From: Candidatus Methylomirabilis sp.
GTDB lineage: Bacteria > Methylomirabilota > Methylomirabilia > Methylomirabilales > JACPAU01
DNA: 53,070 nucleotides
Direction: 5' to 3'
NCBI GenBank assembly: GCA_036000645.1
Contig: DASYVA010000163.1
Span: forward strand, 1 to 53,070
Below are positions 52,560 to 53,070 of this stretch, piece after piece. How positions within the stretch are numbered: position 1 is the stretch's first letter; each line of letters begins with the position of its first letter. The notes under the pieces are model-generated. The model did not search any database and was not told where the DNA came from. It saw only the letters and a program-made list of their open reading frames with translations. The position numbers were made by a program, and so were the translations under genes.

Positions 52560-53070
52560 ATGCCGGGAGCGCAGGCGGGGCCGGAGCAGGCGCGCCTGCA
52601 CGGCGTGCTGGTGGACGTCTACGGCATCGGGGTCCTGCTCCAGGGACCGAGCGGGAGCGGGAAGAGCGAGTGCGCCCTCGACTTGGTGGTGCGCGGCCAC
52701 CGGCTGGTGGCCGATGACCTGATCCTGGTCAGCCGCGAGTCCCCCCGCATCGTCATCGGCCAGGGGCCGGAGGAGATCCGGCACCACATGGAGATCCGGG
52801 GGCTCGGCGTCATCAATATCCGGGACCTGTTCGGCATCGCCGCCATCCGGTACCGGAAGCGCATCGAGCTCGTGGTGATGCTGGAGCCCTGGTCCCCCGA
52901 GGTCGAGTACGATCGCCTGGGGGTGGACGACCAGACCACGGAGCTGGTGGGCGTCCGCCTCCCTCTCCTCCGCATTCCCGTCTCCGCCGGCCGGAACATG
53001 GCGATCCTGGTGGAGGTGGCCGCCCGCAACCACCTCCTGAAGTTGATGGGGCATCACGCCGCGCGGCAGT
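52560..53070 (+). CDS. hprK: HPr kinase/phosphorylase, catalytic domain only; 3' end outside window
   Basis: LHGVLVDVYGIGVLLQGPSGSGKSECALDLVVRGHRLVADD, HHMEIRGLGVINI and PVSAGRNMAILVEVAA. ATG 52560 follows GAGGG. There is no stop before the window end. Confidence 0.85.
   Translation, partial: MPGAQAGPEQARLHGVLVDVYGIGVLLQGPSGSGKSECALDLVVRGHRLVADDLILVSRESPRIVIGQGPEEIRHHMEIRGLGVINIRDLFGIAAIRYRKRIELVVMLEPWSPEVEYDRLGVDDQTTELVGVRLPLLRIPVSAGRNMAILVEVAARNHLLKLMGHHAARQ

Noticed and set aside
1-53070. Looked for CRISPR arrays, rRNA, tmRNA/SRP/RNase P-like RNAs, transposases, integrases and long direct or inverted repeats
   Set aside because: None were recognised by eye. The only repeats found are the short ones listed. 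A covariance-model scan (Rfam) would be needed to exclude small ncRNAs.

Overview
High-GC chromosomal segment from a diderm bacterium, as shown by the LPS-transport genes (lptF/lptG, lptC/A/B) and the rpoN-hpf-hprK cluster. I cannot assign a lineage from sequence alone. I call about 50 protein genes and one tRNA-Leu(CAG). I see no rRNA, CRISPR array, transposase or integrase. Most content is housekeeping, tightly packed and often joined by 1-4 nt start/stop overlaps: xseA-xseB-tlyA-GNAT-nadK-recN-TonB-like-penicillin acylase; MFS-M50 protease-AIR-synthase-like-HEPN; comEC; htrA followed by a sigma-70-family gene; acyl-CoA synthetase; a GGDEF cyclase; rhomboid. Many very long ORFs in the six-frame track are antisense or out-of-frame high-GC artefacts, and several listed TTG/GTG starts fall inside promoter hexamers. 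Points worth a second look: (1) Two tandemly duplicated 13- and 14-codon Lys/Arg-rich mini-ORFs (44386-44520), each with a near-consensus extended Shine-Dalgarno. Strong hairpins follow them, and they lie upstream of an OCD-family / ALDH7-like / glutaryl-CoA dehydrogenase cluster that looks like lysine catabolism. (2) A zinc-metallopeptidase gene is interrupted by an in-frame TAA, yet 96 further coding-like codons end in an ATGA junction with an ATP-grasp ligase gene next to the tRNA. (3) An HTTM-DCC fusion protein overlaps a small membrane protein gene (SdpB/SdpA-like pairing) in a lower-GC patch. (4) A wHTH-nucleotidyltransferase/HEPN-like pair sits behind an AT-rich promoter island. (5) A recurring TTGACN-N17/18-TGnTAnnnN promoter architecture lies only 5-12 nt from several ATGs, implying leaderless mRNAs. 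(6) A PQQ-type dehydrogenase carries a [11 protein letters not shown]-terminal module. All functional calls rest on motif recognition by eye; no searches were run.
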